Assembly (NCBI RefSeq): GCF_009914755.1
Contig: NC_060927.1
From: the human T2T-CHM13v2.0 reference genome, Homo sapiens
Reading direction: 5' to 3' (one strand)
Length of the DNA stretch: 64,000 bases
Of this stretch, positions 25,200 to 37,120 are shown piece by piece; position 1 is the first letter of the stretch; each line of letters opens with the position of its first letter. Under the pieces are notes generated by a model, which was not told the DNA's origin, did not search any database, and saw nothing but the letters and a program-made list of their open reading frames with translations. Position numbers and translations under genes: made by a program.

Positions 25200-27470
25200 A
25201 AATAGAGAAAAACTCCCAGTGATAGATTTTATAAAATGGGTAAGCACAATCACAGATATAATATTTTCCTATTAAAATATATAAGATACAATTAGATTGT
25301 AAAAATCGTGGTCTATAAGTATTAAGATTTTTATTTTTCTAAACTGATCTATAGATACATTTTAATCCCAATCAAAATCCCAACAGACTTTTTTCTAGAA
25401 ATTGACAAGTTGATGCTAAAATTTACAGTTGATCTTCATTATTCAGGGATTCTATGTTTGTGATTATGTCTACTTGCTAAAATGTATTTGTAACCTCTAA
25501 ATTGATACTTGTGGCACTTTTGCAGTCATTCACAGAAATACCTGGAGTGGTGAAAATTTTGAGTTGGCCAATATGCACATTCCCAGCTGAGGTTGAACAA
25601 GGGAGCATCCCGCCTTCTTGTTTTCTCTCTCATACTGTAAATGAGTGTTATTTTTGTGGATTATTTAATGCCATGTTTTTACGTTTTTGTTTTTTGTTGG
25701 TGATTTGCTGCATAAAATGCCTCCCAAGCATAGTGACTAAGTGCAGTGAAGTGCTTCTAAATGCAAGAAGGCTGTGAAGGGCCTTATGGAGAAAATACGT
25801 GTCTTAGATGAACTTCATTCACGCTGTTATAGTGTTGCTGACTGTCAGTTCAAGGTTAATGAATCAGCAATATATATCTTAATATACAAATAATAATATA
25901 TAGTATAATATGTTAATATTAATATATAATGGTATATAATATGTAATATTAAGTAAGTGTCTTCAAACGGAAACACACATGAAACAAAGTTCAGTATTGA
26001 TCAGTTGATGAAAATATTGTGACTAGAGGCTTGCAGGAACCCAACCCTGTATTGTTTTAGGGGCAGTGGTTCAGTATTCACTAATTTCAGTGTTCGTGGC
26101 AAAATTATATAACATAGTTACCACCAATAATCAACTGCATATGAAAATGCAAAGAGCCTAGAACAGCCAAAACAACTTTGAACGCGAACAAAGTTGGAGG
26201 ATTTGTACTCTTATTTCAAGGTTTACTCTGGAGCCGTTTAAGGCAGGGTGGTACTGCCATACAAATACATGTATATTAAATAGATCAATGAAACTGAACT
26301 ATAAGTCCAAAAATGGACCCATACATATATACTGTCTTTTGATTTTTGACAAAGGCACCAAAACAATTCTTTCAAAGAAATGATGCTGGATCAACTGAGT
26401 CAACATGGAAAAAAAAGTAAACCTCAATATTGTCATATGATATATGTAAATTCATTCAAGATATATCAGAGACCTCAATATAAAAATTAAAATGATAAAG
26501 CTTCCAGAACAAAATATAAGAGTGAAAGTTTACTTTTATAGCCTTGAGTAAGCAAAAATTTTTAAAAGAAATGACAAAAGACTTGTATCCACAACATATT
26601 AAGAACCTGTACACATCAATAATAATAGCAATACATCAATAAATTTTTTTAAAAAACAGGCAAAAGTCTTGAATAAAGATTTTACCAAAGAACGTATATG
26701 AAGAACCGAAAAGTTACATGGGAAAATACTCATCATTAGTCATCAAGGCAATATGAATTAGAACAACAATTTAATTCCATCTCATAAACTAAAATGACTA
26801 AAGAAGTGAAAATCTCAAATGTTGACAAGAATATGAAGCAACTAGAACTTTCATACATTGCTGACTTGAGTGTAAAATATACAGTCCTTTCACAGAACTT
26901 TATAGAAGTTTATTTTAACATCCATCTATGACCCAGCAACTCCACTTCTAGATATTTACACAATATAAATGAAAACATGTCTTCATATAAAACTTCTTCA
27001 AGACTGTTTAAAGTAGTTTTTTCCATAATAGTAAACAAAACAAAACAAAACTAGAAAACCTAAATATCCATCAATAGGAGCATGGATAAGCAAATTGTTA
27101 GGTATATTTATATAATACAGGACTCCTCAACAATAAAAAACAGTGAACTACTGATGCCTGTAACATGGAGTGAAAGAGGGCTGACACAAAAGAATGCATA
27201 TTGTATGATTCCATTTATATAAAGTGGTTACATTTTATAAGTAGGCAAACACTTTATAACACAGGCAAAACTAGTGTTAAGGCCGTGGAAATCAGAACAA
27301 TGCTTGCTCATAAGGGTGGAAGTTGACAGGTAGGGGCATGAGGAAATGATTGGGGTGACAGAAATGCTCTTTATCTTGTCTAGGATATTATTCCATTTGT
27401 TCAAACTCATAAATTTATATACTTAAGATCTATGCATTTCACTGAATGCACTTTTTTTTTTTAATTAAAA
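25200..27470 (+). mobile_element. Degenerate L1M (ORF2 end and 3'UTR) interrupted by MER82
   Basis: AATCCCAATCAAAATCCCAACAG...ATTGACAAG before 25425; resumes ATGAAAATGCAAAGAGCCTAGAACAGCCAAAAC after 26137; TATGACCCAGCAACTCCACTTCTAG near 26930. Confidence 0.8.
25426..26137 (-). mobile_element. MER82 (TcMar-Tigger) DNA transposon
   Basis: Inverted termini CAGTTGAT...ATCAACTG, preceded by TA; right end matches reverse complement of recalled MER82 start. Confidence 0.75.
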
Positions 27471-27743
27471 ATATTTTAGCCCCAGCCATGGCAAGGACAC
27501 ATATACAAATTATAGCACAATAAAAAAGTGACCCATAAATGTTGCTTAATACCAAATTAATTCAAGATGAATCATAGACAAATGTAAAAGCTAACACCAT
27601 AAAGTTCCCAAAAGAAAATATATCACTGGGTTGTGATATTACATCATCAGATATTATGTCATCAACAACATCATGTGATATTACATCATCAACAATTATG
27701 TGTTATTTGGAAGGATTAAAAGAAAAAGACATTAGAAAATAAT

Positions 27744-28052
27744 TTTTGTTGGTTTTTTTTTGTTTGTTTTGTTTTTTCTTAGACAGAATCTTGCTCTGTC
27801 TCCCAGGCTGCAGTGCAGTGGCGCGATCTCGGCTCACTGCAACCTCCGCCTCATGCCATTCTCCTGCCTCAGCCTCCTGAGTAGCTGGGACTACAGGTGC
27901 CTGCCACCACGCCTGGCTAATTTTTTTGTATTTTTAGTAGAGACAAGGTTTCACCATGTTAGCCAGGATGGTCTCGATCTCGACCTCATGATCTGCCCGC
28001 CTCAGCCTCCCAAAGTGCTGGGGATTACAGGCGTGAGCCATCACACCTGGCT
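27744..28052 (-). mobile_element. AluSc/Y-like SINE
   Basis: T-rich tail plus reverse Alu. Confidence 0.93.
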
Positions 28053-28348
28053 GAAAATAATGTTTTTAAAATTTTATTTTAAACACATTTTTAAATGACT
28101 CTATAAAATTTATTAGGAATTAAAGGTTATATTGCTAAGTATGTTTGGAAACAACTCATGCCGCATATCAGCTAGCAGAAGATGACCTCTAGTATACAGA
28201 TTTGAAATTTTGACTGAGTATGATGAGAGGAAATAGAAATGGGGGAAATATGTGAGAATCTGATGTTAGTCTCTAATGCAAAGTCACCATGCTTCTCAGT
28301 TGCATCGAAGGTTGACTTTTAAGTTTAATAGGTTTTGTATTCCTTCAG

Positions 28349-28438
28349 GAAAAGGAGAATCTTTGTAATTTGGAAAAGAAATACTCCAGCCTCTCTGGGG
28401 GGAAAGGGTTTCCCGTTAACCCCAATACTTTAAAAGAG
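28349..28438 (+). CDS. PHLDB2: PHLDB2 coding exon (EKENLCNLEK...PNTLKE), phase 0-0
   Basis: tccttcAG acceptor; 90 nt; donor GAG|GTAAGC. Confidence 0.93.
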
Positions 28439-28641
28439 GTAAGCTATGATTTTACATGTCGCTTTATGTTGCCTTAGAAATCAGGAGATGTATTTCAGCT
28501 TTATTTGATTAGCTGAATAATAAAAATATTAACTCAAAGGACCTGTGAAAGCACTCAATGCTTGGATGGTTTCCCTGCCTTTCATTATGTATGCTTTGAG
28601 GATTTCAGAGATTATCCTTGTGTCTAATGCAGATGCACATT

Positions 28642-28681
28642 GTGTGTGTGTATGTGTATGTGTGTGTTTGTGTGTGTGTGT
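28642..28681 (+). repeat. Imperfect (TG)n microsatellite
   Basis: Direct reading. Confidence 0.85.
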
Positions 28682-29037
28682 CTACTTTGCTGGGTGGTGA
28701 CATTGTGGGTTAATCTGGGGTTTCAAAAACTTGAAGATCCAGACCAAGATGAGTCTTAAATTCTCCTTTTTCCTTCCTGAGTCTCCTTTCTCCCTCCCCT
28801 CTCTTATTTTGCTTCTCCTTCTCCTGAGTCTTACAGAACATGAAAATGCCTGCAAACATTTTAGAAGGTGGTCTGGTTTCTTTCTTTTCCCTATTTCCCC
28901 ACCCCCGCAACTGTTGTTTCTGCCATTTTCCCCTCTAAACTGGAAAGTCCTATTTACAGTAAACTGTACATACTCTTTATCTCCAATATCCACCTTTCCC
29001 CAGTCCCCATCACCACTTTGCCCACCAGATATCTTAA

Positions 29038-29412
<375 letters not shown>

Positions 29413-29739
29413 TATATTTATATTCCTTATACTTATTGTTTTTCTAAAAAGCTAAAAGAAAAGCTTGCTTCTACTTACGTGTTTGCACAATCAAAAAAAA
29501 CCCTTTAGACAGTGGAGTTTGGACTCTTACATAGAAAATATTTTTGTGTGTGTAAGTATATGAAACAAAATGCTCATCACAATATTAAGTGTGACTATAT
29601 GTGTACCTCAGAAGCATTTTGTGAAATATTTCTTCCAAAGCTTTATTAGATCATTCAGTTTCATAGTTTCTTTTCATTATTCGGAACGTGGAACTGTCAG
29701 GTTCAATGAACAAAGCGTGGTTGTGAATGGAATGTCATG

Positions 29740-30280
29740 GCCTAAGACAATGTTAGCAAGGTGGGTAAGGGTGCAGGTCTTGTGAGTCTGTTAAAGAAAT
29801 ATGGTCTACTGCATGTGTGATGGGAGGCCTTTAAGTGGTTTTAAGCAGGGAGGTGACATTTGCTATCCATTTGTTAAAGATCACTCTGGGCTGCTCTGTG
29901 ACTACTGGATCATAAAAAGTAAGAGAGGGAGATGCAGGGAAATTGTTGTGGAGATTACTGCAGTAGCATAGGCTAGAGATGCTGGTGGCTTGAATTGGAG
30001 GATGGCAGAGAGATAGAAGGAGTTAGCTGGATTAGCAGGTATTTTGGAGGTAGAGTTGACAGTTCACAGTTCTTGCTGATAGATTGGATGTTGGGATGAA
30101 GTAAATAAAGGAAGGTGTCCGGAATCATGCCATTATTCCAGTTTGAATAATGAAGTAGATGGCAAGCACCTTTTAGTGAGATAGGGAAAACTGGGGAAGG
30201 AATTGTTTAAGAGGGAAGATTTGGAGTTGACTCTGGACATACAGAGTTTGAAGAGCTTGTGGCATCCAGATGAATTGGAT
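29740..30280 (-). mobile_element. L2 fragment
   Basis: Purine-rich antisense L2 motifs (GGTTTTAAGCAGGGAGGTGACAT, AAAGATCACTCTGG, ATTTTGGAGGTAGAGTTGACAG). Confidence 0.7.
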
Positions 30281-32022
30281 GGGCTCTAAAGTCTTTTCGT
30301 CTCCTAATAGAAGAATGAAGTCTTTCCTTTTCTGTTAATGAGTTGCTCTTTATTTCCTGCAGACATTCTGATGTCAAAAGCACATTTAGTTTGTTTTACT
30401 ATTGTTGTGTATCTGCAACTCTTCTGCTTGTTGAGTACAACAATGAGTTGCTATGAGAACACATGGCAATTCTTGTGCTGTGTGTTCACTTTCCTGTACA
30501 AAGCAGACTTGACTCACAAGATGTTTTTCTTTTTTTCTTCTGCTCTCTCTTTCATTCTCTCTCCTTTTTCTTTTTTAAAGGGGTGATTGATTTATAACCT
30601 CTTTTAAAGACCTCCCAGGTTTTAAAGCAGTTTACATTTTTGAAGCAATTAATTAAATTGTATGGTTTATGACTCATATAAATAATTAAAACTTGGCTTC
30701 AAAACAGTCGACTATTAACTGAGCAAAAGAAAAACTCAAAATTGTTCATTTTCTTTCTGATTCAGTATTACATATTGAATGAACTTGACCTAGTTGACTA
30801 CTTCTTTTCTTCAGTTTAACATTATAAAACTTTACGTGATATCTATCCTGCCTTCTGAAGTGCAAGTCTCTGACACATCCAATTTATAAACAATCAACTC
30901 TAGCATTCTCCACTTTGTTATCAACCCTTTCAAGGTTTTTACCAAAAATCAAGGTTTTTTATTTTTCAGCCTAAAATTTGTAAAAGGATTGATGGAGGCA
31001 TGGAAGAATCTTTATGTCAAATTTAACTCAATTTCAGCTTTAAAAGAGAGGTGTTATTTTATATAGCTTTTTCACACTGTTTTATTGGGGTGGTGAAAAT
31101 CATGATTGGTCTGTATAATTACTTTCCATGAAAATTGACAAGTGCCTTTTCCACAGATTCGGGAGTTCTGCTTCTCAGATATTTTGATCCGTGGGTATTT
31201 TCTCTAAGCTGAAGCCAGAACTGAATTATTGAGTTCAAAAGTAACTGGAAATTCTCTGTCCTATGGGTAGAGATGGGGGTTAGGGAGGCTGCCTTGAATT
31301 GAAACATACCCTGGTTGCAACTCTACCTTAGGACTCCGTGTGTGTGTGTGTGTGTGCATGTGTGTCTGTGTGTTTGTGCATGCACACATTTGTTTTGTTA
31401 GGGAAGACTCACCTGCATGAAAGGACAGTGTTATTTTTATTCTCATTTGGTTGAGATGCCCAAAAGCTAGAACCCACTGTAAATAATTACTGTTTTAAAA
31501 ATGTTTTCTTAGTGTAAAACCCAGTAGCCCTCAGCCCATTTTCCTCACACTTTAATTCATCAGGAAACAGAAACGGTGAAAATCTAAGAATGAAGATTTG
31601 TCGGAAAGGCTCTTTAATTAGGGAATGAGTGATTGCATTGTCAATTTTACATCTTGGTGTACTATTACATCTTGGTGTGCTATTACTTTAAATGTATATG
31701 TTGTTGACAACCTTAATCCATCAACAGAATGAATGCTGATACTTCTGGATATTTTAAAATAGAAGATTTTGGGTTATTTATACTACAGTTATCTTGATTT
31801 CATCAGAAAAATTATGTTTAATACTTAGAATGCCAATTTTCAAGATTAAGCAATGTAAATCCATTTTAATTGCTGATTATTCCTTTAATGAAACATTTGA
31901 TAATACCACAGATATCTGGCTGTGCCGCTCTAAGCTAACTTCATTGTACTGGGAACATTAATACTCTCGCATGCCTCAGCTTTTGCTTTCTTTGTGTTTA
32001 ACTTCTGAATTCCTCCTTTTAG

Positions 32023-32166
32023 GGCTATATCAGTGTAAATGAGATTAATGAGCCGTGTGGCAATTCCACGAATCTATCCCCTTCCACTCAGTTTCCTGCT
32101 GATGCTGATGCTGTTGCCACTGAGCCTGCCACAGCTGTGCTGGCGAGCCAGCCACAGAGTAAAGAG
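32023..32166 (+). CDS. PHLDB2: PHLDB2 coding exon (GYISVNEINE...QPQSKE), low-complexity linker, phase 0-0
   Basis: cctccttttAG acceptor; 144 nt open; donor GAG|GTGTGT. Confidence 0.9.
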
Positions 32167-32792
32167 GTGTGTAGGCATGACGTTTCATTCATTCACTGCT
32201 TTTCTTCATGTCAGAAATTAACCCACGGCCAACTGAAAATGAGGTCCACGAGAACGTGCATGACAAATGTATATCTGTTTGGCCAGAGGGGTAGGGTAAG
32301 GCTGAGTTTATAAAGTATACCAATTTGGGGGTAATGCTCTGCCAATAAAAAATTCTAGAAACCATGAAATTTATGCTACGGAGTGGAGTACTAGGAGAAG
32401 TAAGTCAAAGAAATATGTTCTATGTCTTAGCACTCTAACTCAACTTAGTTTTCTTATAAATTAAAAAGCCTTTCTAAAATTGTTGATTTGAGTTGCCTTT
32501 TCAGTTTGACTTTGTTTTCGATTTTGTTTTGTAACATGGATGCTTTTAAATATTAGGCCTTTTAAAAGCCTTCTAGGGGAGGGGTCAATAATAATAAATT
32601 AAAATACCTTCAGTGATCCAAGTCGCTTACAGTGTGGGATTTTAATAAGAGGCTAAATTGAAAGATATTGCCCATCAATTGTAACTTCTTAATTAAAATA
32701 TAACAAAACAGAACAAACTATCAATTTCATTTCTATGTCTTATTCTTTCATTTCATGTGGACACATATATACCTTTTCTTTCTCCTATAAAG

Positions 32793-32981
32793 CAAAGATC
32801 ACCTGTCTATTCTGGATTTGTGTTTCCTTCCGCTCTTTCTCCTCATCCTATCACTCAACATACATCAGCCCCATGGCCTGAATTCATGGCTACATCTGTC
32901 GATCCTTTACCTTTAAATGACACACCTCCTCCTTTACCAGCTAAGAAACACAGAAGGCAGCAGCAGCAGCAGGAGCAACAG
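32793..32981 (+). CDS. PHLDB2: Putative alternative PHLDB2 cassette exon (QRSPVYSGFV...TPPPLPAKKHRRQQQQQEQQ), 63 aa, phase 0-0
   Basis: Pyrimidine tract plus ataaAG acceptor; 189 nt, no stop, in frame with both neighbours; donor CAG|GTAATT; not in the canonical protein as recalled. Confidence 0.75.
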
Positions 32982-33479
32982 GTAATTAGGAACTGGAATT
33001 TAGAGTTTGGGAATGTTATTTTGACAACGAAATTACTTATGTGAAATCTTTTCTTCTACTTTCCCAAAGGCATTTTTAAAAAGGCAAGTTGCATACTTCT
33101 CTGATTTTTTTTTTCCTCTTAAGAACATTTAGTGTGTTCTAAGAGTGTTAGAATTGTTGTAAGGTTTTGATACCTTGAGTGTTCCCTACTGGCTTTTATA
33201 TGTTTGAGCACTTTTTATACCCTCATCCTTCAGTTACCATTCAACCAAAATATTGCAACTTATCTCAGATAGTTCTCAAAATACTAGCAAGCATTTCTAT
33301 AAAATCCATAGTATAAAGAGTTATCTTATCAACACAAAATATTTTTATTATACATAGTTGAAACCATAATAGACATCATTCCCTTGTTACTGTGTCAGAA
33401 TTTGTTAAACGTTTTACTCCCTTAATCAGAGTACCTTTGTTTTAATCTGTTTTATAAATTTGTGTATCTCTTTACATCC

Positions 33480-33615
33480 TTCTAATGATCCCATGAAGTA
33501 AAAATTATCTCCATATTAAAGTTTTGGGAACTGAGGCTCAGTGAGGTTAAGTAGCTTGTCCAAGGTCACACCACAAATAGTGCATTTGGTCCATAAATCT
33601 AGTTTTTATTCACCA
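33480..33615 (-). mobile_element. MIR fragment
   Basis: GAACTGAGGCTCAGTGAGGTTAAGTAGCTTGTCCAAGGTCACAC core. Confidence 0.8.
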
Positions 33616-34289
33616 GATTTTTAAATAAATAATTTTTTATTCTAAGTGTTGCCTTCCTTTTAGAACACTCAGAGTACATTGATGCTTGGGTATTCAAAAA
33701 AAAAATTTGTTTTGAGACTTCCTTTCGATTATAATCAAATACCTACAGGAATTTGGTGCCAAAAGATCCTAAGGAGTCATTGCACTGATGTAGGCGAGCT
33801 CTGGTTGGTCATGCTTAGCCCTTATGTTTCTTGAAGGTACCTTTACCATCAATTACCATTTGTTAAAGGACTATGTCTCTCACTGCCTTAAGGTTACTGC
33901 CACCTGGGCTGATATGAAAGGATATTGGTGAAAGGTGGATGAAGTAAGTTATGTATACAAGGAAGAAACAAGGAGAATGGAAGACCTAAATGCCTTCAAT
34001 TTTGATGTTAGGTTTATTTCTTTAACAACTTCATTCAAGAAATCTCTAGTAGCAAAACAATCACAGTTTACAAACCTGCTGTTTTCTGTCAAATTTCAGT
34101 TAGACTGTGTTTTCATTGGGGTTTCTTTTCTATTTTATTAAGCTATCATTATGGAATGTTGGAAAGTTATGAATTTCAGAATTTATAATATTTGGTCATA
34201 GTGGGAGCTAGATTGAAGTGTTCTGATGTCATTTTACTATCTACAAGGAGCATTAATCAGCCAAACTGCAAAGTATTATTATCATCTTA

Positions 34290-34500
34290 GTATGGACTAC
34301 CTGGCCATGAATTCTAGCTCTGCCGCTGTCCAGCTACATGACTTTGGCCAAGTTTATTTCACCTCTCTGCACCCTAGATTTCTCATCTGTAATATAGAGA
34401 TAGTAATAGTACCTACCTCACAGGATTATTATAATAATTTAATGAGATAACGTATATAAACCATCATACCTGGCACATAGCTCTTAATTAATTGATTAGC
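34290..34500 (+). mobile_element. MIR
   Basis: TGACTTTGGCCAAGT...CTCATCTGTAA...GTACCTACCTCACAGG. Confidence 0.8.
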
Positions 34501-35662
34501 TAGTATAAACAGTTAATTATAAAGTTAAAATGCAGATTTTTATGATTGGCATATTTGAAGACTGTTTATAAATTTGCTAATTCAAATTTGCATTAATTTT
34601 TGTGCATTTCAAAAGCATGAGCTTTTAAAATGACTTCAAAATAATCAGACCTAAAAAATCTTTAATTAAGAAATCACTTTACTATATATATTTATGTTTT
34701 ATTTCTTTAAAAAAATAAAGCAATGTTAAGATTTTGTGAAGCTGAGTGGTGGGAATATGAATATCTCTTAAATTATCCTCTATTCTTATCTATATGTTTC
34801 AAATATATTTCAGCAAAAATTTTTTTGAGCTCATTTTTGTGTTTTTTCTTTCTTTTTTTATTTTCATAGTTTTGGGGGGAACAGGTAGGGTTTGGTTACG
34901 TGGATAAGTTCTCTAGTGGTGATTTCTGAGATTTTGGTGCACCCATCACTTGAACAGGAAATCGTTTTACTGTTAAAGACATTTCTAGGGTGAGGCCAAG
35001 AAAAATTTGAGTAAGTTTCAAGTGGACAAAAATCTTGCTTTAGAAATCTGAAAAAAATTAAATAGTCCATTAGAGGATTTTTAAATATGAGAGATTACTG
35101 TAGGGGCTCCTTGGCCAAGATCTTTTTAAAAAGTAACCTAGAATGATGCCTTTTAGGGAAACTTTATGTGGATTTGGAGTGTGTTTATGTGACTGAAATA
35201 TTATTACAACTTTCAAACAACTTCCCTGTTTACTCGCTTTTTCTCTTTTTCTCCTTTTCCCCCTTTCTTGTCCTCTTCTCACTGGTATCTGTGTCATCAC
35301 ACAGAACTGCCCGGAAGGGGAGAAAGTGCTTACGTGCTTTGTCCACTGGCTGTTCTGCCATCCACATGGCGACCATCATAATAATTTGTAAGTTGTCCTG
35401 AGGCCCCAAGGCCGCAGGCACTACAGAAGTGAAAGGTGGAATTTTTTAAAGATTTCTAGGTTCAGCATAAATTCCTACAGTGTTTAGTATCTAATCAAAT
35501 ACTAGCTCAAATCTATCAGTGAACACAGTATATGTTGAATAACTTTAAGAAAAATTCTGTTAAAATTCCAGTTTTTTTTGTAAGTGCATAATTCTTCATT
35601 TCTTCAGTCACCTATTACAGTTAGTCAAGTTTTGCTATTTTGCTTTGCATTTGCATTTAAAG

Positions 35663-35803
35663 CACTTTAGAAGTCTGGAAGAAAGGAAAAAACAGCATAA
35701 AGAAGGCCTCTATCTGAGTGATACTTTGCCTCGAAAGAAAACCACATCTTCCATCTCCCCACATTTCAGCAGTGCTACTATGGGGAGAAGCATCACCCCA
35801 AAG
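35663..35803 (+). CDS. PHLDB2: PHLDB2 coding exon (HFRSLEERKK...RSITPK), phase 0-0
   Basis: ttgcatttaaAG acceptor; 141 nt; donor AAG|GTAGGA. Confidence 0.94.
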
Positions 35804-36139
35804 GTAGGACCTGGGAGAAACCACGGGCTTCCCATTCCATGAGTCTTCTTGTCATTATATTCACTGATGTGTAAAGGCCTTTAAAGAAAAGTGCTAAATA
35901 ATAAATCATTACATTTACTTGTTAGGCAGACATCAGGACTAAATCTCATTTTCTACCTGTTCAGAGGACATCTGAAACTGTATGCTCTGGGGCCAAAGAA
36001 CATGCTTCAGGGTATTTTCTACCAGCACAACCCAGGCGATGAGTGGCATTCACTTACATGATGGACTTCCGTGGCTGCATCCCACATCTGGAGATAAGAT
36101 AGGATGTAGCCTCTGTGTTCCAGGAATAACAGCAACAAA

Positions 36140-36370
36140 TATTTATTCAGACATTTTCATGTAGCTGACGCTGGGTTGAGCCTTTTATGTGGATTGCTTC
36201 ATTTGAAAATCCAGCAGCACTGGGTAGTAGACTACTGATTATTATTCCAGTTGTATATATGGATAAACTGAGGTGTATAAGGCTAAGTGACTAACCAAGG
36301 AGCCCTCAGCTGGTATGTAGTGGAGTGGAATGTGAACCTATGCGACCTGATGCCCGCCCAAGCTCTCCCT
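36140..36370 (-). mobile_element. MIR
   Basis: AAACTGAGGTGTATAAGGCTAAGTGACT...CAGCTGGTATGTAGTGGAG. Confidence 0.65.
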
Positions 36371-37020
36371 CAGGTTCTGCCGACATGCCTGAGGGGATCA
36401 TTGTGGCAAGAGAAGAGGCAGGTGTGAAGGAGGTTCTGAATGAGACAGACTTTTGAGCCCTTCCCCTGCCCTTAATCAGAGTAACTTTGTTTTAATCTGT
36501 TTTATAAATTTGTGTTTCAAGTACATTTTATCTACATGAAGGATTTTGCTATTTTTAAAAAATGCTAAAACCATTAGGGTGTTAATAGATTTCTTCAGTT
36601 TCAACCCACCGCATAACAGGGGATAAATAAAAATGGGTGCATTTGTAACAAGAGTAGCTCTTCCCTGTTCTTTTGCATGGTGCGCATGCATTCTTGGCCC
36701 TGCATCTGCCCTCTGCTCCTTATGCATGAAGAACTTTCAGCCATTCTTTCAGGTGATTTTGGACAGTGTCTTCCCCAGCTGTCTTCACTTTTGGAATTGC
36801 TGCTGTTGGAGGAAGTGCTTTGATATTGCGACTACCCTGGAACTTCTCGGGAGGGCCAGTAACTGGCCTTTACCACTTAGCATCAACAAATGAAATGCAA
36901 AGACTTACCTTCTCTGCCCTGTACACTTAGATAGGAGCTTTGGAAACAGGGATGTGGCCATTTCCTAAAGGTCCATTCAGCCTGCAGCTTGCCTGAAGTA
37001 CTCCCTCCTGCTTCCCGCAG

Positions 37021-37120
37021 GCCCATCTGCCCCTAGGACAGAGTAACAGCTGTGGAAGTGTGCTCCCTCCCTCACTGGCAGCCATGGCCAAAGACTCAGA
37101 ATCTCGGAGGATGCTCAGAG
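37021..37120 (+). CDS. PHLDB2: PHLDB2 coding exon (AHLPLGQSNS...RRMLR-G), phase 0-1
   Basis: cttcccgcAG acceptor; 100 nt; donor GAG|GTACGT. Confidence 0.93.

Noticed and set aside
27632-27695. Short tandem duplication TGTGATATTACATCATCA (and an 18-bp duplication near 31647-31685)
   Set aside because: Two-copy slippage events; no spacer array, so not CRISPR-like and no evident function.
32958-32981. CAG repeat as an expansion-prone locus
   Set aside because: Only five uninterrupted CAGs, far below instability thresholds.
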